Origin: Sporopachydermia quercuum
Taxonomy: Eukaryota
Length of the DNA stretch: 64,000 nucleotides
Reading direction: 5' to 3'
Assembly: GCA_001599295.1 (NCBI GenBank)
Contig: BCGN01000009.1
Coordinates: 372,001 to 436,000 of the forward strand
Below, piece after piece: positions 57,572 through 64,000 of this stretch. The stretch's first letter is position 1, and the number at the start of each line of letters is the position of its first letter. Position numbers and translations under genes: made by a program. The notes under the pieces were generated by a model, which worked only from the letters and a program-made list of their open reading frames with translations, was not told the DNA's origin and made no database searches.

Positions 57572-57771
57572 TCAGAAAGAAGGAAGCTATATTGACAGCA
57601 TAGGGTGTTTGTGCGATTTCTTCAACAGCGAGAGAGCATTCGATTAATTATCATAGAATAGACTAAGTGAAGAGATAAACAATTTTGGAAGCACTGAAGA
57701 TTGAAAAGGGCGATAGNTAATTTAAGTCGGAAGTAGNTAATCAAGCATTCAATCTTCAGAAATCAATCAAA

Positions 57772-59193
57772 ATGGCGAGCTCGAATGCTTCATCGGCTCC
57801 CATTGATATAACAACTGGAAGCTCATTATACAGTAATAGTAATAGCATTGGGTTCAACCAGTATAGCACGGGCAATTCAGATAACTCATTATTATCAACG
57901 TCACAAATCGACCAACACCAACTTCAACAATCCAGCATACCCAACAGCACACAGTCGAAAGCTGCTGCAATTCCAAACCGAATACGTAGAGAATCATTTG
58001 CTCATTCGCAAGGTGTAGGTGGTGTGTCATGGGGAACTATGTCTGTTGGATCATGGCTTAGAGATGAAGTTATGACATTACATCAAATGAATCAGCATAC
58101 CAGTAGTTCAGCGAATCCTCAAAGGATGCTTTCTGGCTCCTTTTCTTATGCAAGTGGAAGTGGTATAGGTAGTTTTTCTGGCCCAGCAGGCGATATAGAT
58201 ATTAACATGAACTCTCCACCTGCTTTTCCATCTGCATATCTACCCAACTTAGAAGCTAATTATTGTAAAGATTATAGCTGTTGCGGACAGCTTCTATCGA
58301 ATTTGCATGAATTATTACGACATTATGAAGAAGCTCATGTTCAAACAGCATTGGATGTGAATGTGAACAGTAATAACACTACGAAGAAACGTTATGGCGT
58401 ACTAGATGCTGTTTCCACAAATGATGTTTTTCTCAGCATAGCCCCAACAACAGGATTTGGTCTTCCCAATAATGTGAATAACAACAGAAACGTTAGAACA
58501 ACTTCAGGAAGTAGCGTAAGAAGTATTAAGACGGGAAATAATCAAAGACAGAGAAATTCTAAGGATTTGGGCTCAAATGGTCGTTCAGTCAACAATATCG
58601 CAAGTAATCCTTCATCGAATATTGTTGTGAACAAAAATAATAAGGACTCTGTGATAATTGATGAAGACGAGGGTAGTGAGGACGAACGTGATGATGACGA
58701 CGATGACGATGAAACAATGACTGATGGGCATTGGGATATAAACAATTCTAGTTCCCGTCAAATGAATTCACATGCTACTAATTCCAGAAATCAAATATCA
58801 AACTTCTCAATGATATCCAATGGTAATTCTTTATCAGGAACCAAAATTTCAAGAAANACTACAAATGGTGATGGTAGNGATGATGAACTTTACGTGAATG
58901 ACCCATCACGACAGCTNTTCGTGGGTCAAGAAGGTGCAGTCGGAAGACCATTCAAGTGTCCTGTGAGAGGATGTGATAAGAGTTATAAAAATCAAAACGG
59001 ATTGAAGTATCATAGACTACATGGTCATCGTAACCAAATGCTGCATTTAAATGCGGACGGTACATATTCTGTGGTCGATCCTGATAGTGAAGAAATGCTA
59101 GAAAGAGATAAACCTTATAGATGTGAGGTATGTGGTAGAAGATATAAGAATCTTAATGGGTTAAAGTATCATCGTGGGCATTCTACTCACTAA
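57772..59193 (+). CDS. SFP1: split zinc-finger transcription factor Sfp1
   Basis: RRESFAHSQGVGGVSWG, YLPNLEANYCKDYSCCG..LHELLRHYEEAH, PFKCPVRGCDKSYKNQNGLKYH, KPYRCEVCGRRYKNLNGLKYHRGH. Confidence 0.96.
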   Translation: MASSNASSAPIDITTGSSLYSNSNSIGFNQYSTGNSDNSLLSTSQIDQHQLQQSSIPNSTQSKAAAIPNRIRRESFAHSQGVGGVSWGTMSVGSWLRDEVMTLHQMNQHTSSSANPQRMLSGSFSYASGSGIGSFSGPAGDIDINMNSPPAFPSAYLPNLEANYCKDYSCCGQLLSNLHELLRHYEEAHVQTALDVNVNSNNTTKKRYGVLDAVSTNDVFLSIAPTTGFGLPNNVNNNRNVRTTSGSSVRSIKTGNNQRQRNSKDLGSNGRSVNNIASNPSSNIVVNKNNKDSVIIDEDEGSEDERDDDDDDDETMTDGHWDINNSSSRQMNSHATNSRNQISNFSMISNGNSLSGTKISRXTTNGDGXDDELYVNDPSRQXFVGQEGAVGRPFKCPVRGCDKSYKNQNGLKYHRLHGHRNQMLHLNADGTYSVVDPDSEEMLERDKPYRCEVCGRRYKNLNGLKYHRGHSTH

Positions 59194-59783
59194 AATGTAA
59201 ATTTGTTTTAAACTGATTGTATTTTCTTTTGGTTAGTTTTAATATTTCTTCAACAAGTATTCAAATAATGACGGCAGGCGGTCTTTGCTATGCTCATCGT
59301 CTTGTACTACTGGAGATTAATGATGTGGTTATGGCTATTTTTGGGGTTCTCTTTATATGGGTTGGTTTATCTACAATTGGATCTTTCTTGTTACTTTTCC
59401 TTTTTCTTTTTCTCATTGTAAATTTTGTTTTACTTCTTCTGTTCATCTTTACTTCTAGATTTTATGTGCCATCATGATCTTTTCTTTTCATACATACATA
59501 AAATCAGTAATACATAGAGTTAATTATACATGCTATGATTGATATACTAAGCTTTTAATGATCATTCCAAATCGTATCTGAAGTATATATTAGTTCTGCT
59601 TGTTTGTTTAGTTATCAAATGTAACATAGAAGTTGCAATGTTGCAATATGTTGCTTTATTTTTAGAAAGTATTCCTTTCGGTCCAACTTTTCAGTTACGC
59701 ACAATTCTTTTATTATTAGTCATCTCTATCATAGTATACACAATTCACCGATTGATTATAAAACTTGCTAAGAATGAGATTCA

Positions 59784-60243
59784 TCAGACAGGTGAGATAT
59801 ACAAAACTAATCAAACAGCTTGGTTAGTAAGGATCATACAATAATAAAAAAAATCCATGGTTTGCAGAAAACCCCGACAGAATCCAAAAATAAATAGAAA
59901 AATGAAGCCTCAATAGAGGAACAAGGAACCTAAATTCCTGTTACTTGTTGATCCTTATCACTATTCTCAATCAGACAATCGCAAATAGTATGGACTTACT
60001 ATTGTTCCCTCTTACAAATGCATCTCCCCAGCTTCTGACAACAATGGAGCTTCCTTCAGGTGGCACAACAACTTCTTCTGTATCTTCCAATACCACATTC
60101 ATGAACCCATCAACTGACTGCAGTTTTCCATGAAATTCTAATCCTGATAACAACTTCACTATCACTTTACTTCCTTTAATAGCACTTAGGAATGTAGAAG
60201 GATCTGTCAGTGATGAATTTGGGGCATTTGTAGTCTCGGACAT
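59784..60243 (-). CDS. LSM6: Sm-like protein Lsm6; exons 60243-60000, 59806-59784
   Basis: PSTFLSAIKGSKVIVKL..GKLQSVDGFMNVVLE..GDAFVRGNN|ILYISPV*; intron 59999-59807 GTAAGT..TACTAAC..TAG. Confidence 0.9.
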
Positions 60244-60546
60244 CTTATGGTTCGCTCTTTATCCTTTTATTTCCACTTCGATCACCATGTATCTGTACAT
60301 AAACCTTCCAAAATTTGACTTGCCGTTCAATACCTAATATGCCTAGCTTAGCCATTCATTTCCTTACAATCCTCTATTTTCTTATCTGCCATCCTGTTCT
60401 TCCCTATTATTTATTCCTTTCTGCTGAGTCACAGAAAAAAGTAGTTTATCTTCAAGGAAGAACCTTCCGAATATAATTGGAATCTCCAGAATTACCTCTN
60501 CATTATGTCCAATATCAGGGGCGTATCATACAGATTAGAGCGTGGT

Positions 60547-60601
60547 CATGTGATCAATAGTTACTGAGGGCGGAAACCTTCTTCACATGGAAGTCCACAT
60601 G
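60547..60601. promoter_or_regulatory. three CATGTG E-boxes including a full UASINO/ICRE (TCTTCACATG) upstream of SLC1
   Basis: CATGTG at 60547, TCTTCACATG at 60580-60589, CACATG at 60596. Confidence 0.45.
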
Positions 60602-61274
60602 CATAATAACAGAAATGACGGGAAAACAGGAGTGAGAAACTCTTGGAGATTCTGGTGCAACAGTGAAAAATAAAGAAAGCAAGTTAGGAAAGCATTTTTC
60701 AACGCTTAAATCAACAGTTAATAGACAACAAACTAACTGTTGGTTTATCTGATGAATTGGTTGAGTTTACAGGAGGCAGTCTTTCATATGGTAAAACGTA
60801 AGTTTAAATAGATGGTTAATGGTTGATTGTTGGTTGAGCGAGTTTGTCTTATTAATCTTTCGTACGTCCAGTTTTTTGANTGATGATATTGCTCAACATT
60901 TGTNGAGGAGAAACAGTCCTGGAAATGAAGGAGTATTGTGAGTTACATTGCTACAGCTCGTAGAAATGTCAAATCAACCTGATCAAGTTCATACTAACTG
61001 ATTAGTGTAATATAGGATTATTGATTGGCTGTCAGTGATAATTGTCAATTGATCTGGCCTCTGTTCTGGTATCAAACTTGAGATTCTCGTATTGTTAGCG
61101 TAATATTGTTTAGATCCTTGTAACAACAACTCGATCTCATTGTAATAAAGCCAGAAGATAAGCATCACTGTCGTTCTCCGCATTGCATATAAAACGCTTA
61201 GGTAAAAAGCATATCAAATTGTAAACAGCATACGTCGATTGTCTCAACATATCCTCTCACAAGAATTATCTCTA

Positions 61275-62187
61275 ATGCTTCTATATATTGCGTTAGCTAT
61301 TCTGTTCATAGCAGCATTCCAAGGGTTCATAGGATCTGCATCTCAATTTTATGCTAGGTCACTCACTTATGCTATTCTGCTTATCATTGGAGCAACATAT
61401 GGTGCACTGGCATCAATTGCTTTATCAATCATTGGTAGGAAAGGCTTGTCTCAGTATGCATGTGCTAGATTTTTCTATAATTTACAAAAGCCGATTCTTG
61501 GAATTGATATTGAAATTCTAAATGACAATGGTAACGCTCATTTATTGGATGATGTCAGGCCAGCAATCTTTTTGTCGAATCATCAATCAGAGCTTGATAT
61601 TTGCGTATTGGCGAAAACATTCCCTAAATACTGTTCTGTTACAGCAAAGAAATCTCTCAAACATTATCCTTTCCTGGGTTGGTTCAGTAAGTATAACTAA
61701 ATTGATTTACTTGTTCATCATTCGTTACTTTTACCAACGGTCTTACTAACTATATTATCTAGTGACTTTGAGTGGTTCTATTTTNCTTGATAGAAAAAAC
61801 CGTACAGACGCTTTAAAGACTGTTGATGGAGCTTCTAAACAAATGTTGGAAGAAAATCAAAGCGTATTTATGTTCCCTGAAGGAACGCGGTCGTATTCAG
61901 CAACCCCAACATTATTACCTTTCAAGAAAGGTGCTTTTCACTTAGCAGTCAATACTCAGTTACCGATTATTCCATATGTATCTTCATCATATTTTGGTCC
62001 TGACAGAATTTTATCTTTCTACCCGAAACACTTTTCGTCGGGAAAAATTTTAATCGGTGTTTTAGATCCAATAGAAACAAAAGGTTTAACTAAGGATGAT
62101 GTGAATGATTTAGTAAAAAGGACTGAAGAGGCTATGAAGAAGAAGCTCCTAGAATTGAATGAAATCTTGAAGAAGAAGGAGAATTAG
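61275..62187 (+). CDS. SLC1: 1-acyl-sn-glycerol-3-phosphate acyltransferase; exons 61275-61686, 61763-62187
   Basis: NHQSELD, AKKSLKHYPFLGWF|MTLSGS, LDRKNR, FPEGTRS, PFKKGAFHLA; 76 nt GTAAGT..TACTAAC..TAG intron. Confidence 0.95.
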
Positions 62188-64000
62188 ATAAAGGGTTTAT
62201 TATACCTTTGTATGATAACAGAAAACAAAAAACTAAAAAAGCTAGCATGAATTTAGAAGAAATGGGACAATAGTTATGTATTCAAAGATAGGTTTAGTGG
62301 TNGCAATTGGGCAGTACAAGTACTCTTCTCTTATGGAACGGACCTGTCGTTCTTTTGGGTGCGACTTTGATGACCTAAATGCATTTCCGGATATCATGAA
62401 CAAAATTAAAACCAGATTAATGTATCGTGATGGAATTATATTACAGACTGTTTGTCGCTCTGTATGGGTATCGTCTGATCTAGGATCCATTTGATAACGC
62501 ATATACATCGTATGAGCTAGGGATTGTTATGTTTAGGAGGACATCNGATATAGAACCGATTTTATGGAATCAGCTCTGGTTTTCTGAACTGTAAATGTTG
62601 GAACCCATTTCATTTTGTAACAAAGGAGATCTTTAGAACATTTCAATCAAATACCCCCAGCGTATAAATATATAAACAGAAAACTCACTACTTTCCATTA
62701 AAAGGCTTCTCTCCTAACTTCATATCTGTCATAAGAAAGGGCCTGTCCTTCTAGATCTTAAACTGATGAACTCCACNTAGGTTACTAGATTTTATCTTGA
62801 AAATAAGAACTTAGTCTACATTTCCAACTTTTTCTTGTCATCAGAGAACAGTCCTTCATAACACCATAGTAATATTAGTAGCAGTAGTGAAATACAATTG
62901 TCTATTCAACAATACAATTCTGTCATGCCGGTAGAACGAGTACCAATTAACTAAAAATTATCCATTCAATCTACAGTGTAACATTTCACAAACATTGGAA
63001 TTAGTTTTTACATTTTAATGCAAACAAATAACCAAAAATAATAATAACCCTTTTCTCAACACATCAACACTCCTTTCTATTGTCCCTTATCGCATTGTTC
63101 TCCAAATAGAAGTAAACCGTTTGTTAGTGACAACTATTCAAGGGTATTAAAATAGAGTTTCATAGATGCTTTAAAAGTTTATCCATTGGGAAATAGCTTA
63201 CTTTATTCGTAAGATTAATCCGTTTACGGTTTACCAATACTTAAGCAAGGAATGAATGGCTCGCTGGTTGATAGTTTGAATGAAGATCGGAGTCAAACAT
63301 ATGATGCAAATGACCAGGGTTTAGAAATCCAATGGAAATATATACTCCGAATTTAGCAGTTTAATTAATTGGTACACGAAGACAAATGTGAACTTGGTTT
63401 ANCTTCTTCAACTGCTTTGCGCGCTTGACTGGGTCGTTATATCTCAGCAGACGTTCCTCTATCATTCATATTTGGATCAGATTCTACTTCCCATTAACTG
63501 AACTCACTCTGTCTAGTCAATTTTTAGTGATTGTTCCATCTTAGAGTAATTGAACATTCTAATTCTGAAGCCATCGTTTCTTCTCTACAATATCTGCTGA
63601 AATCTGTCAATATTCAATCAATCTTGCATGAATTTGCATATTTCAAACTCTATTTTCATTGCGAAGCGACTATAATTACTGTATTTGTCACTCCATACGA
63701 ATCAATGATCAACTATTCAATTCCAACATGTACCATCAAAGCATTTTAAAACAAATGAATTAGAAGCAGATCGTACTCAACTCTCACTAAATAATGTCAA
63801 TCTCCCCTTCATTTGCTCCCAACAATATCAGGAAATCTCAATTACGACCTCTCTATTACCAAATCATTAACTCGTTTGTTCTTCGTTTTTTCTTCGTTTT
63901 CGTCCTGTCATAACTCTTGAAATTCTGATTACGAAACCAAAATTAAATTTTCCACTATCCATTCCGTACATATAGAGCCAAAGAGCGAAAATATGTCCCG

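Noticed and set aside
1..64000. CUG codon reassignment (Ser or Ala)
   Set aside because: CTG falls on conserved Leu positions (YAT1 LKPLQ, RPC34 HVVLRCL and VKLVKQ, SFP1 NQMLH, RER2 YILE), which supports the standard code.
62242..64000. Short ORFs or a possible pseudogene at the right end
   Set aside because: The frames examined are broken by stops and no family motif was recognised; cannot be supported without a homology search.

Overview
64 kb of an AT-rich budding-yeast (Saccharomycotina) nuclear chromosome. CTG falls on conserved Leu positions, so the standard code applies. It holds 24 protein-coding genes, several reconstructed here by splicing: a RER2/SRT1-type cis-prenyltransferase (5' end off-window), VMA12/VPH2, an MRPL13-like gene, SUP35, YAT1, EFM2, POP4, an orphan ORF, PSF2, ARG2, RPC34, an NTR2-like gene, an ER cyclophilin, an 18 kb block of four consecutive Zn2Cys6 transcription factors (WAR1-like plus three Hap1/Mrr1-type paralogs), APC5, an Fpg/Nei glycosylase, MLH3, PUS6, an unassigned ORF, SFP1, LSM6 and SLC1. 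No tRNA, rRNA, transposon or CRISPR feature was recognised. Most notable: (1) the unassigned ORF at 55108-55998 has an RNR-like motif and surrounding pattern resembling the bacterial RNase P protein RnpA, making it a candidate mitochondrial RNase P subunit; (2) the transcription-factor array has a dense TCGGA cluster in its divergent promoter; (3) ARG2 has competing 3' splice sites, and the one with the better branch point gives a premature stop; (4) a predicted SFP1 5'-UTR intron is exactly filled by a uORF; (5) intron density is high (about 15 introns); (6) the 'n' bases look like heterozygous SNPs and are absent from an 8.7 kb tract. All identifications come from motif recognition by eye; no database search was run.
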